Assembly: GCA_002170535.1 (NCBI GenBank)
Contig: NHDW01000004.1
Span: 186,190 to 250,189, forward strand
DNA: 64,000 nt
DNA from: Methylococcaceae bacterium TMED69
GTDB lineage: Bacteria; Pseudomonadota; Gammaproteobacteria; Ga0077536
Direction of reading: 5' to 3'
Below the pieces are notes generated by a model. The model made no database searches and was not told the origin of the DNA. It worked only from the letters and a program-made list of their open reading frames with translations. Shown here in pieces: positions 50,207-61,350 of the stretch. Within the stretch, counting starts at the first letter, position 1. Each line of letters begins with the position of its first letter. Both the position numbers and the translations under genes were made by a program.

Positions 50207-50233
50207 GGGGGGCTTAAAAGAGCCCCCTTTTTT
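50207..50233 (+). terminator. Intrinsic terminator
   Basis: GGGGGCT-TAAAAG-AGCCCCC followed by TTTTTT. Confidence 0.9.
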
Positions 50234-50275
50234 ATCTTACCGAATAGTTCATAAAAAGTTAGATTTTTAAAAGTC

Positions 50276-51466
50276 ATGAATAATCAAGATGAGCCTTATG
50301 TAGATATAACAATAGGTCAAACCTCTGTAAAGGTAATCGGTACGGCACATGTTTCGAAAAAAAGTAAGGCAATAGTTGCACAGGAAATAAATTCGCAAAA
50401 ATATGATTGTGTAGCAGTTGAATTATGCGATACTCGCCTTGAGCAAATAAAGAATCCAGATTTCGTAGCTAACTCTGATATATTTAATATTATTAAAGCT
50501 AAAAAAGTTTCGACTTTTATCATAATGTTAGCTATGAGTGCTATGCAGAACAGAATAGCAAAAAATCTAGGGGTGGAGCTTGGCCTTGATATGAAGGAGG
50601 CCGTCGCCCTCGCAAATCAAAATAAACTTGGTTTAGTTCCTATAGATCGCGGAGTTTCTATCACATTTGCGCGGTTAACCCAAAACATGGGGTTTCTTAA
50701 CCGGTTAAAACTATTGTTTGATATCGCAACAAGTATATTTGAAGAAAAATCTGTTTCGGCTGATGAAATTGAATCATTAAAATCTACCGGGGCTCTCGAA
50801 AACATAATAACCCAAATATCTGATGATGCGCCGTTATTACATCAATTTTTAATCTTGGAAAGGGATAGATATATGAGTCTAAAGCTTTCGGAGTTAGCAA
50901 GTCGGTACGATAGCATTTTGGCGGTAGTGGGTGCTGCTCATTTGAAGGGAATTAAAAGCAACCTAAAGGAAATGGAATCAAAGGAAACGAAGAGCAATGA
51001 GTTAGCGCTTCTTAATAATATCTCTAAAAGGAGTTCTTTTATTCAGTTTTTTCCCTATCTAATCCTCGTAATTATAATTTTCGGTTTTGTGTATGGTTTT
51101 TACCAAAGTCCAGAATTAGGAATTGATATAGTTAAGGACTGGGTTTTAATCAATGGTGGTCTTTCAGCATTTTTTGTGTTGATAAGCAGAGGACATCCTT
51201 TGTCAGTTATAGTCGGTTTCCTCGCTGCTCCACTAACCTCTTTGAATCCTACTGTGGGAGCGGGAATGGTAGTTGGTCTAATTGAAGCATGGCTGAGGAA
51301 GCCGAAAATATATGATTTTATGAAACTTAAAGAAGATACTGGGTCCTTGAAAGGTTGGTTTTCAAATAATGTGACGAGGGTTCTGATAGTTTCTTTCATG
51401 GCTGGCTTCGGGTCTGCTTTGGGCACATATATTGCCGGTTACCACATCTATGGTAAATTGTTTTAG
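50276..51466 (+). CDS. TraB/GumN-family membrane protein
   Basis: GTAHVS, VAVELC..R, LERDRYM and AVVGAAHL; C-terminal TM segments. Confidence 0.9.
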   Translation: MNNQDEPYVDITIGQTSVKVIGTAHVSKKSKAIVAQEINSQKYDCVAVELCDTRLEQIKNPDFVANSDIFNIIKAKKVSTFIIMLAMSAMQNRIAKNLGVELGLDMKEAVALANQNKLGLVPIDRGVSITFARLTQNMGFLNRLKLLFDIATSIFEEKSVSADEIESLKSTGALENIITQISDDAPLLHQFLILERDRYMSLKLSELASRYDSILAVVGAAHLKGIKSNLKEMESKETKSNELALLNNISKRSSFIQFFPYLILVIIIFGFVYGFYQSPELGIDIVKDWVLINGGLSAFFVLISRGHPLSVIVGFLAAPLTSLNPTVGAGMVVGLIEAWLRKPKIYDFMKLKEDTGSLKGWFSNNVTRVLIVSFMAGFGSALGTYIAGYHIYGKLF

Positions 51467-51489
51467 CCGTATAATTATCGGAGAATTTA

Positions 51490-51828
51490 ATGCCTTATTA
51501 TGATTATAAAACTGTGAATTTTGATAAAATTGTGACAGTATGGCACCCAGTTGATACCGATGTAGAGATTTGGGGTCAAGTGTGCTTTATTGCCCAAGTT
51601 CCTATGGGCAAAATACCCTACGATGAGCCAGTGCAGAAATATCTATCCGCTGTAGAGATTATAAAAACCACGAGCAATTCTGAACTTAGAGAAAAGGGTT
51701 TCACGAAGTTAGTAAAAAGAGATGAAGGGGTTTTTGAAAACGTAACGGCCTCTGAAAACGAGTCTAGATACATGTTGTCAGATGATCCTACGACATTACC
51801 TAATTTAGCTAATAAAGTACCAGATTAA
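51490..51828 (+). CDS. Hypothetical protein, FmdB-like N-terminus lacking CxxC
   Basis: MPYYDY start and GFTKLVKRDEGVFENV; GGAG RBS. Confidence 0.6.
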   Translation: MPYYDYKTVNFDKIVTVWHPVDTDVEIWGQVCFIAQVPMGKIPYDEPVQKYLSAVEIIKTTSNSELREKGFTKLVKRDEGVFENVTASENESRYMLSDDPTTLPNLANKVPD

Positions 51829-51854
51829 AAAAAAGCCCCTTGAAGGGGCTTTTT
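51827..51854. terminator. Bidirectional intrinsic terminator between convergent genes (ends groESL)
   Basis: A-run, GCCCCT-TGA-AGGGGC, T-run. Confidence 0.9.
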
Positions 51855-51886
51855 AATAGTAGGTAGACCTATACAAGCAGGCTTGT

Positions 51887-53554
<1,668 letters not shown>

Positions 53555-53586
53555 TTACTCCAATTCTTATTCTAAAATTTTTACTG

Positions 53587-53877
53587 TTAACCTTCGAAGA
53601 CGGCCATAACGTCGTCTTCGCGCATAACAAGTAGTTCTTCGTCGTCCACCTTGACTTCTGTACCTGAGTATTTTCCGAAAAGGATTTTATCACCGGCTTT
53701 TACGTCCAATGGTCTTACATCGCCGTTCTCAAGTAATTTGCCATTGCCTACGGAGACGACTTCTCCTTTGGCCGGTTTTTCTGTAGCTGAGTCTGGTATA
53801 ACTATACCGCCAGGGGATGTTTTTTCTTCATCCCATCTTCGCACGATTAATCTATCGTGAAGAGGTCGAATTTTCAT
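53587..53877 (-). CDS. groS: Co-chaperonin GroES
   Basis: [19 protein letters not shown] and [10 protein letters not shown]. Confidence 0.99.
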   Translation of the reverse strand: MKIRPLHDRLIVRRWDEEKTSPGGIVIPDSATEKPAKGEVVSVGNGKLLENGDVRPLDVKAGDKILFGKYSGTEVKVDDEELLVMREDDVMAVFEG

Positions 53878-53950
53878 TTGTATGGTTCTCCAAATAATTT
53901 AAGAAATCATTAAATTAAACGTATTGAGGTTCAACAAGTGACCATCAATA

Positions 53951-53977
53951 TTAGCACTCACATTAGAGTGGTGCTAA
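53951..53977. promoter_or_regulatory. CIRCE-like operator (HrcA site) upstream of groES
   Basis: TTAGCACTC-ACATTAGAG-TGGTGCTAA versus consensus TTAGCACTC-N9-GAGTGCTAA: 16 of 18 match with an exact 9-nt spacer. Confidence 0.85.
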
Positions 53978-54005
53978 CATTAATACGTTACGGATAAAGT
54001 GTCAA
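53977..54005 (-). promoter_or_regulatory. Putative sigma70 promoter of groESL
   Basis: TTGACA (54005-54000), 17 nt, TAATGT (53982-53977), abutting the CIRCE. Confidence 0.65.
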
Positions 54006-54037
54006 GAGGGTTTATAATTAAATTTTGGATACTCACT

Positions 54038-54568
54038 ATGCGTTTAATTTTAACTTTGATTTTTTTCTCGGTTTGCTCACAAAGTTGCTTTTCTGCAACC
54101 GCTACGACTGAGCGAATTTTTATGGACTATCGGATTAATCTAGAAAAGCTATCACACCAATCCTCTAAGAGAGGCGAGTTGTTTATTTCAGTTTTTAAAG
54201 GTGATCTTCCCGTCACTAAATTACTGCTGACACATGAGGGTATAATAGCTGAATATTTAGTTATGGATATAGATAACAATAACAGTCTTGAAATTATTTT
54301 ATTATTTGAAAATACGCTCAAGAATATCCGAATTTTCACTATGAAGCGGCATGAGCTAATGGAATTGACTATAGGAAATCAAGACTTAACCAATAAAAGC
54401 CTTAAATTTATAAAAATCGATAAAGAAGGAGATGATATTTACAGAACTCTGGAGGTTTTGGACGGTGAGCGAATATATTTGCAGGTTCAAAAATTTTGTT
54501 TCAGAGAACAGCAGTGGTGTGAGTATATCGACTGTACAACTATTCCCCAGATGAGTTTTTGTAGCTGA
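54038..54568 (+). CDS. Hypothetical exported protein
   Basis: Signal-peptide-like N-terminus from ATG 54038; DIDNNNSLEII loop. Confidence 0.55.
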   Translation: MRLILTLIFFSVCSQSCFSATATTERIFMDYRINLEKLSHQSSKRGELFISVFKGDLPVTKLLLTHEGIIAEYLVMDIDNNNSLEIILLFENTLKNIRIFTMKRHELMELTIGNQDLTNKSLKFIKIDKEGDDIYRTLEVLDGERIYLQVQKFCFREQQWCEYIDCTTIPQMSFCS

Positions 54569-55208
54569 AAATGCATCCTAGTTTACCGTCTGTCTCATTA
54601 TTGATTTCCATGATTGTACTGAATACGTAGTGAGAATCTGCCGGTTGCAAAATGCACCGTAAATGATCTGACCGTTTATTAACCTTCCTTAAAATAGCGT
54701 TTGCTCCTGCAAGCGATCCACAAAGTAAACCTGATTCAGACCAGGCTGAATCAGGAACGGGAACAAGTTCTTTTAAAACTAAAGAAGCAACTGGTCCCAT
54801 CATCGCAAATTCACAGTAATCAGCACGTTGTACAACATAATTGACAGAGCTAGACGGAATTGAACTTTTAAAACCGTTAATCAACGTTTCGTCATAGGAG
54901 TTGACAAGTATGATTTTTTCTTGGTCAAGACAAATAATTCCACCACTACCCACTGAGGTCCATTGAAATGGCTCTATATCATTAATTTCAAAGTAGGTTT
55001 TTGTTATTAGCGCTGCTTCTTTCCCTAAAATTATTAACTTCTGAAGACAGGATAAATCGAATATGCAACTGATTTCTGAAGTGGCTTTGAAAGGTTTTCG
55101 AAGAGCACTTATTTGACAGGATTGAAATGTTTTAGTCTCTACTGTACTTTTATCGAAGAAAGCTCCTAAGGGGCTTGTGCTATCAAAGTCACCATGTATT
55201 AAAGTCAT
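54540..55208 (-). CDS. mgdD: N-methylglutamate dehydrogenase subunit D (sarcosine oxidase gamma-like)
   Basis: ATGA-coupled to the alpha-like gene; DLS.L.K and F..MGP.A..VL pattern. The call rests largely on position. Confidence 0.65.
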   Translation of the reverse strand: MTLIHGDFDSTSPLGAFFDKSTVETKTFQSCQISALRKPFKATSEISCIFDLSCLQKLIILGKEAALITKTYFEINDIEPFQWTSVGSGGIICLDQEKIILVNSYDETLINGFKSSIPSSSVNYVVQRADYCEFAMMGPVASLVLKELVPVPDSAWSESGLLCGSLAGANAILRKVNKRSDHLRCILQPADSHYVFSTIMEINNETDGKLGCIFSYKNSSGE

Positions 55209-58057
55209 ACATTCTGCCTTTCATTTTCTGGATCATAAAAACTCGAAGAAACAACTAATGCGCTAAGAGTCGAGCCATCATCAAGTCTAATTTGGACTGA
55301 CTCGTTTTGATGAAACGGGACGTTTATCATAGCTAGGCCAATGATTTTCTTTAAGGTTGGGCTGAAGTTTACACTTGTTACTCTTCCTGTGATATCGCCT
55401 TGAAAGATTGTAAGATTATTTTCCTTGATCTCAAGTCCTCTTAAATCACTCATTTCGAAGCCTACAAGTTTTCGTGCTACATTTTCTTTTAGGTCTTTCA
55501 AACTGTTTCTACCATAAAATCGATCTTTCTTTAAATTAACCCCCCATCCTAGGTTAACTTCAAAGGGGTTGGTGTTACCATCTGTATCTTGTCCAAAAAT
55601 AAGATGGCCTTTTTCTAAGCGAAGTAATCTCTGCGCTTCTACTCCGAAAGGTTTAATGTGGTTAGGCCTACCCGCTTCGAGTAATCCATTCCAAACCCTA
55701 GCTAAGCTATTTGTAGGCATATGTATCTCATAACCTAGTTCGCCCACAAACCCTACACGCATTATTCTTGATGGTACTCCGCAAACGGTTGCCTCTCTAT
55801 AGCCTAAGTAAGGAAACTCCTCTGCATTGAGCGGATAATCCGTAACTTGGCTCAATACATTTTTCGAGGAAGGGCCGGCCAAATTCAAGGCACCGACTTG
55901 GCCCGTATGATCCCAAATTGTGACATCTAATTTTAATTGTGCCTTAAAAAGTTCAAGTAGCCTAACAACGGTTTGGGAGTGGCTACTAGTTGCTGTAATG
56001 TAAAAATGGTTTTCCCCAAGTTTTGCAGCTACTCCATCATCTACCAGCGTTCCACCGGCGTCTACCATGAAAATATACCGAGTCATTTCTAATTTTAATT
56101 TATCAAATTTGCAAGTATAAGCGTACTCTAGTAATGCCTCTGCGTCGGGCCCAAAAAGTTCGATTTTACCGAGTGTTGAAACATCAATGATGCCTACGTT
56201 TTTTCTCACTGTTGAGTATTCTTTAGCTATAAGATCTCTGGAAACCGATCCACCATAGGCCATTGGACGACGCCAAACCCCATTTTCCTTTATATCAGCC
56301 ATTTGTTCCTGGTGATATGCATCAAGACTAGTTCTTCTCTCTCTCCTTACTCGTCTGCCTGCAAGTTTTCCTATTGGTACAGGATAAACAAAAGGTCTGG
56401 GTGTTACAGTTCCTACATTACCTACGGGTAGTTCATTAAATTCAGCTACTAATCTGATGCCGTTTAAATTGGACAATTTGCCTTGACTAGGCCCCATTCC
56501 AATAGTGCTATATCTTTTCAGTAACTCAATTGAATCAAACCCTTCTTTCATGCCATTTATCAAATCCTTTACTTTTAAATCTTCATCCAGATCAATAAAC
56601 TCATTTCCTTTGGCATGCGGATAGATCGGGTAGGAATGGCTCTGATTTTCACAAGCTATTTCGATGTTATTCGAAACCACTTGATTCTCTAAGAAGGCCT
56701 CGCAAGCGGCGGCCGTGAGTTTACCATCTTCTAATCTGTTTGTAAGGTCATAAACACCCCTAACCGATCCAGCAGCGAAAATCCCTAAAGGCAACTCATC
56801 TGGGATCAGCTGATTAATTTCTTCAATGTACTTTAGCTTGCTTCCTGCTTGTACGAGCAAATTTGAAGCAGGCGACCAACCAATACTCATTATTAAGCCA
56901 TCACATACGATTTCTTTAGAGGAAGGATCATTGACGGTCCGGTAAACGAATGAACTTAAACAACCATTTTTGCTTTTTGCTTCCGTCGGAACTACATCAC
57001 TTACTACTTCAATCCCTATTGATTCTGCGTGCTTCTTAAGTACTCCATTTGCTTCAAAGGGTGATAGTTGTAAAATGTAATTTACATTTACTCCTGAGGC
57101 TTTAAGTTTCAATAGGCGTTTGAATCCTAAGTCATTTGCTACCAGTGCGATTGACTTTTCGAATGGGTCGATTGAATATCTATGAGCTAATCTGGCTACA
57201 GCGGACCCTAATACAACCCCGGGAAGATCATTATTTCGAAAAACGGCAGGTTGTTCATAGGCTCCAGAGCAAGTAATTATTGCTTTTGCTGAAACTAATT
57301 TACAACCATTTGGTCCTTCTAAAATTACCGATTTGTCATCGTAATACCCACTCGCGAAATGTTGATTTAAGCAAGTAATATTCGAGGCCGCTGTTTCCCT
57401 GATATTTGATTGGATTCTTTCCGAAAGATCTTCCAGTTCGAAGCCGGAACATCCCCCAAGTTTAAGATTTTCGTCTGCAATTATTACTTTGTACTTCGAT
57501 TTCGAAAAATACGCGGCTGCTGCGGTTCCTGAGGCACCTCCACCAATGATTAGAACATCGCAAAATAAGGTTTCAGAAGGATATCGTTTTTTAGTGTAAT
57601 TAGCCTTGACTTGCCCTAATCCAGCTAAGTTTCGGATAAGTTTTTCCCAATAGGGCCACAGAAAAGCTGGTTTAAAAAAGGCTTTGTAATAAAATCCGAC
57701 CGGAAGTATTGGTGCGAATACACCCAGAATACGAGTGAGGTCATTACGTACCCCACCGATTGTATTAATAGCTTTTAAGCTGCCATAATCCTCATTTGCC
57801 AGAGAAACATCACCTCTGATATTGGTTCTATCCTCAGATTGGAGGAGAACATTGGCGTCATGGTTAGCAAGTGAGACAAAGCCTCTTGGTCGATGGTATT
57901 TAAAACTTCTCCCTAATATTTTTTGTTCATTAGCTATCAAAGCACTTGTGATGGAATCACCTTTGAATGCGGTAATTTCATTGCCTTCAAATTTGAATGT
58001 TATCTTTTTGGAACGATCAATCCACTCATTATCTTTTGCTGGTAACCTTCTTGCCAT
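55205..58057 (-). CDS. mgdC: N-methylglutamate dehydrogenase subunit C (sarcosine oxidase alpha-like)
   Basis: GRSFKYHRPRG, GGGASG, KRYSTIGMGPSQGK and a GcvT-like folate domain (DVSTLGKI, GELGYEIH, LRLEKG). Confidence 0.82.
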   Translation of the reverse strand: MARRLPAKDNEWIDRSKKITFKFEGNEITAFKGDSITSALIANEQKILGRSFKYHRPRGFVSLANHDANVLLQSEDRTNIRGDVSLANEDYGSLKAINTIGGVRNDLTRILGVFAPILPVGFYYKAFFKPAFLWPYWEKLIRNLAGLGQVKANYTKKRYPSETLFCDVLIIGGGASGTAAAAYFSKSKYKVIIADENLKLGGCSGFELEDLSERIQSNIRETAASNITCLNQHFASGYYDDKSVILEGPNGCKLVSAKAIITCSGAYEQPAVFRNNDLPGVVLGSAVARLAHRYSIDPFEKSIALVANDLGFKRLLKLKASGVNVNYILQLSPFEANGVLKKHAESIGIEVVSDVVPTEAKSKNGCLSSFVYRTVNDPSSKEIVCDGLIMSIGWSPASNLLVQAGSKLKYIEEINQLIPDELPLGIFAAGSVRGVYDLTNRLEDGKLTAAACEAFLENQVVSNNIEIACENQSHSYPIYPHAKGNEFIDLDEDLKVKDLINGMKEGFDSIELLKRYSTIGMGPSQGKLSNLNGIRLVAEFNELPVGNVGTVTPRPFVYPVPIGKLAGRRVRRERRTSLDAYHQEQMADIKENGVWRRPMAYGGSVSRDLIAKEYSTVRKNVGIIDVSTLGKIELFGPDAEALLEYAYTCKFDKLKLEMTRYIFMVDAGGTLVDDGVAAKLGENHFYITATSSHSQTVVRLLELFKAQLKLDVTIWDHTGQVGALNLAGPSSKNVLSQVTDYPLNAEEFPYLGYREATVCGVPSRIMRVGFVGELGYEIHMPTNSLARVWNGLLEAGRPNHIKPFGVEAQRLLRLEKGHLIFGQDTDGNTNPFEVNLGWGVNLKKDRFYGRNSLKDLKENVARKLVGFEMSDLRGLEIKENNLTIFQGDITGRVTSVNFSPTLKKIIGLAMINVPFHQNESVQIRLDDGSTLSALVVSSSFYDPENERQNV

Positions 58058-58293
58058 TATTGTTCCTCAATGGAAAGTATGGCATTGGCTTTAGTTTCAC
58101 GGCTTACCCTAAACCACTTTTGTGAAGGTTGGTGATACCACCACTCCATTCTCTTAAGAGGTCGGCTATCTTGGTGATAGGCCCATCTGCCCGCTGAGCC
58201 CTCGAGATCGGCAGGCTCTGGGTCGATGGCGCCTCCATAAATGAATTCTGTGATGGGTCTTTCTCCAATCAATGGGCAATTTAAGTATTTCAT
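58057..58293 (-). CDS. mgdB: N-methylglutamate dehydrogenase subunit B (sarcosine oxidase delta-like)
   Basis: MKYLNCPLIGERPITEFIYGG and EWWYHQPS..WF. It lacks the CPxCG of canonical SoxD. Start ATG 58293. Confidence 0.8.
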   Translation of the reverse strand: MKYLNCPLIGERPITEFIYGGAIDPEPADLEGSAGRWAYHQDSRPLKRMEWWYHQPSQKWFRVSRETKANAILSIEEQ

Positions 58294-58303
58294 AGTGGTA
58301 AAA

Positions 58304-59545
58304 TTAGTGGCCGACTGAGGCCGCCCCTTTCTCCCCGACAAGCTTGAAATCCTCGAATCTATTAAGATTGAATTCAGTGATCAGTGAATCGTCTTTATTA
58401 AGGGCTATTGAGTTTGCCATACATTTTCCGCTCACCGGAGTTGCTTTGAAGCCCCAAGTACCCCAACCTGAATCTAGAAAGAATCCATCAACTGGAGTAG
58501 TTCCCATAATAGGAGCAAAGTCTGGTGTCATGTCTGCCATGCCAGCCCATTGTCTATTAATCTTTACAGAACTTAGAAACGGGAATAAATCTAATATTTG
58601 GTCGCACATACCAGAGACAAATTCATAGCTTGATTTAGTGTTGTGCTGTTCAATTGGATCGACTGATGCACCCATCACAAGCTCTCCTCTGGAGCTTTGG
58701 CTGACGTAAATATGTAAACTTCCTGAGACGATTATAGTGTTTAGCCATGGTTTCATTGGTTCAGTAACACAGGCTTGGAGAGGATAGATATCGATTGGAG
58801 AATCGAGTCCGACCATGTTTAAAACTGTCGGTGTGGCACCCGCTACGGCTGAAAGTACTGTACTGGTTTTAATTGGGCCTCTATTTGTTTCAACAGAAAC
58901 GACTTTGTTTTTCTCGATATTAATTCCTGTTACTAGGGTATTCTGATGGATCTCAACCCCTTTTTGACAAGCTTTTTTTGCGTATCCCCATGCTACGGCA
59001 TCGTGCCTCGCGACAGCCCCAGGTGCATGAAACAGTGCGCCTTCAATAGGATGGTTGCCACCGCACTCAAGATCTATCTCAGGACAGGCCGCTTTGACCT
59101 CAGACGGTCCAACAACACTGCTGTCTATCCCATAATGTTTATTTACTTCTGCCCTCCATCTGGCGGTCCTCAAAGTAGCGTCGCTGTGTGCCAAAGTGAA
59201 GTGGCCCCTTTCAGAGAAAAAGATATTAGTTTCAAGTTCTTCCGAAAGTTGGTTAAATAATCGTACGCTCTCACCATAAAATTTAACCCCCTCTTCGGTT
59301 AGATAATTTGATCTTATAATGGTAGTGTTTCTACCTGTATTTCCAGCTCCAATATAGCTCTTTTCTAAAACGGCTACTTTACTTATGTTATGATAGTGGG
59401 AAAGATAGTAAGCACAAGCTAGGCCATGGCCACCGGCGCCAATTATTACAACATCATAGGATTCCTCAAGATCTTTCGCAGGATTGAACCACCTGTGTTC
59501 TGAATGGTTATCTATGAAGCCGTACTTTAATAATCTTATAGACAT
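58304..59545 (-). CDS. mgdA: N-methylglutamate dehydrogenase subunit A (sarcosine oxidase beta-like)
   Basis: GAGGHG, GRNTTIIRSNY, ARHDAVAWGYA, GWGTWGFKATP and EKGAASVGH. Confidence 0.85.
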   Translation of the reverse strand: MSIRLLKYGFIDNHSEHRWFNPAKDLEESYDVVIIGAGGHGLACAYYLSHYHNISKVAVLEKSYIGAGNTGRNTTIIRSNYLTEEGVKFYGESVRLFNQLSEELETNIFFSERGHFTLAHSDATLRTARWRAEVNKHYGIDSSVVGPSEVKAACPEIDLECGGNHPIEGALFHAPGAVARHDAVAWGYAKKACQKGVEIHQNTLVTGINIEKNKVVSVETNRGPIKTSTVLSAVAGATPTVLNMVGLDSPIDIYPLQACVTEPMKPWLNTIIVSGSLHIYVSQSSRGELVMGASVDPIEQHNTKSSYEFVSGMCDQILDLFPFLSSVKINRQWAGMADMTPDFAPIMGTTPVDGFFLDSGWGTWGFKATPVSGKCMANSIALNKDDSLITEFNLNRFEDFKLVGEKGAASVGH

Positions 59546-59569
59546 ATGGAATTACTTTTGTGTATGAAA

Positions 59570-59962
59570 TTAATCAAATTTCCCGTAAGCAGTTCTTAAT
59601 GCTACTAGCGGATGGTTGTCTGACATTTGGAACTTAACAAGTAGTTCTCTAGCAATCATGTCTCTTTCCTGTTGGTTATCGGGCAGTTTTAGATCTGGTG
59701 GTACCGTTACCCATCCGTTAATATTGCGGTCGAATACAGCGGCACGACCCTCTTCGTAACCCATGTGGATGTCTTCGAGCCAATTCAGGTCTTTCCAACC
59801 CATATAATCTAGATATTTTTTAAGAAAAGGCGTCAACCTAGATAGGTCTGGTAATAGATTTACATCATAGCGATAACCAATCGTTTGTCCTATCATCTTC
59901 TCTCGCTCAGAGTCGACTCCATCTGACTTTAGATAATGATCAATGTCTTTGTTTTCACCCAT
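59570..59962 (-). CDS. Hypothetical protein inside the mgs/mgd cluster
   Basis: 130 aa ATG ORF with AGGAG RBS, co-oriented with short gaps on both sides. Confidence 0.8.
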   Translation of the reverse strand: MGENKDIDHYLKSDGVDSEREKMIGQTIGYRYDVNLLPDLSRLTPFLKKYLDYMGWKDLNWLEDIHMGYEEGRAAVFDRNINGWVTVPPDLKLPDNQQERDMIARELLVKFQMSDNHPLVALRTAYGKFD

Positions 59963-59992
59963 AGCTCTTCTCCTATCTAAAAATTATCGTAA

Positions 59993-61330
59993 TTAAAATC
60001 GGTTCAGGTCTGGCCGCCCGACCGTGACTTGGGTCCCGGCTAAAGGTACTTGAGCCATCGCGGAGGCTTCCATTGTTAGAGCAGCTAAATCCTCAGGCTC
60101 TAATGAGTGAATATTGGTTTTTCCACAGGCTCGGGCCATCATTTGGCACTCTATCGCAAGGGTGTGAAGGAAGTTATATACTCTCTCTGCGGCTTTGTCC
60201 GGGTCAAGTCTTTCTCTGAGTTTAGGATCTTGCGTGGCAATCCCAACTGGGCATCTCCCTGTATGGCAGTGATAGCAGTTGCCAGCTTTCACGCCCATTT
60301 CTTCCTCGAAATTGGCTTCTGGTATGTCCTTGTTGCAGTTTAAGGCCATCATAGACGCGTGACCAATTGCTATGGCGTCCGCCCCTAATGCTAAAGCTTT
60401 TGCGATATCTCCGCCATTTCGGATTCCGCCTGCATAGACTAATGTAATTTCTCCGCTTTTACCTACATCGTCTAAAGCTCGCCTTGCTTGTCTGATAGCA
60501 GCGATTCCAGGGACGCCTGTTTCTTCCGAGGCTAGGTGGGGTCCTGCGGCAGTTCCGCCTTCCATTCCGTCTATATAGATTGAGTCTGGGTCTGTCTTAG
60601 CGGCCATTCGAACGTCATCATATACTCTAGCAGCGCCCAATTTAAGTTGGATGGGTATTTCCCAGTTCGTTGCCTCTCTAATTTCTTCGATCTTGAGAGC
60701 CAGATCATCTGGTCCTAACCAGTCAGGATGTCTCGCGGGAGATCTCTGATCTATTCCAGCAGGTAGCGAACGCATCTCCGCGACTTGATCAGTAACCTTC
60801 TGACCCATAAGATGACCACCTAATCCTACTTTTGCTCCTTGACCAATAAAGAATTCGCACCCGTCAGCCAGTCGCAAGTGCTGCGGATTAAATCCATATC
60901 TAGATTGTATGCATTGATAAAACCATTTCTCTGAAAAACGTCTTTCATCTGGAATCATTCCACCTTCACCAGAGCATGTGGCTGTTCCCGCCATTGTTGC
61001 ACCTCTAGCTAAAGCTGTTTTCGCTTCAAATGATAGTGCTCCGAAGCTCATTCCTGTTATGTAAACTGGTATGTCGAGCTCAATCGGCCGTTTTGCCCTA
61101 GGTCCAATGATTGTTTTGGTTTCACATTTTTCCCTGTAACCTTCGATAACGAATCTAGTTAACGTACCCGGCATGAATGTTAGCTGGTCCCACCCAGGAA
61201 CCTTTTTAAACATTGAAAAACCCCGCATTCTGTATCTGCCAAGCTCAGATTTTATATGAATGTCATTCACTACATCAGGAGTGAAAATTGGGCTTTTCCC
61301 TAGTAAATACTTTTCCTTATCGTCAGACAT
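59993..61330 (-). CDS. mgsC: N-methylglutamate synthase FMN subunit (GlxD/MgsC)
   Basis: GMSFGALS, GEGGM, GQGAK.GLGG, RHPDWLGPDDL, DGMEGGT and CYHCHTGRCPVGIATQD. Confidence 0.85.
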   Translation of the reverse strand: MSDDKEKYLLGKSPIFTPDVVNDIHIKSELGRYRMRGFSMFKKVPGWDQLTFMPGTLTRFVIEGYREKCETKTIIGPRAKRPIELDIPVYITGMSFGALSFEAKTALARGATMAGTATCSGEGGMIPDERRFSEKWFYQCIQSRYGFNPQHLRLADGCEFFIGQGAKVGLGGHLMGQKVTDQVAEMRSLPAGIDQRSPARHPDWLGPDDLALKIEEIREATNWEIPIQLKLGAARVYDDVRMAAKTDPDSIYIDGMEGGTAAGPHLASEETGVPGIAAIRQARRALDDVGKSGEITLVYAGGIRNGGDIAKALALGADAIAIGHASMMALNCNKDIPEANFEEEMGVKAGNCYHCHTGRCPVGIATQDPKLRERLDPDKAAERVYNFLHTLAIECQMMARACGKTNIHSLEPEDLAALTMEASAMAQVPLAGTQVTVGRPDLNRF

Positions 61331-61350
61331 AGCTGTTACTCCTTTTTGTT

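Noticed and set aside
50276..51466. TraB as a conjugation gene
   Set aside because: The motifs are those of the TraB/GumN (PrgY-like) family, not a type IV secretion component, and no tra cluster is present.
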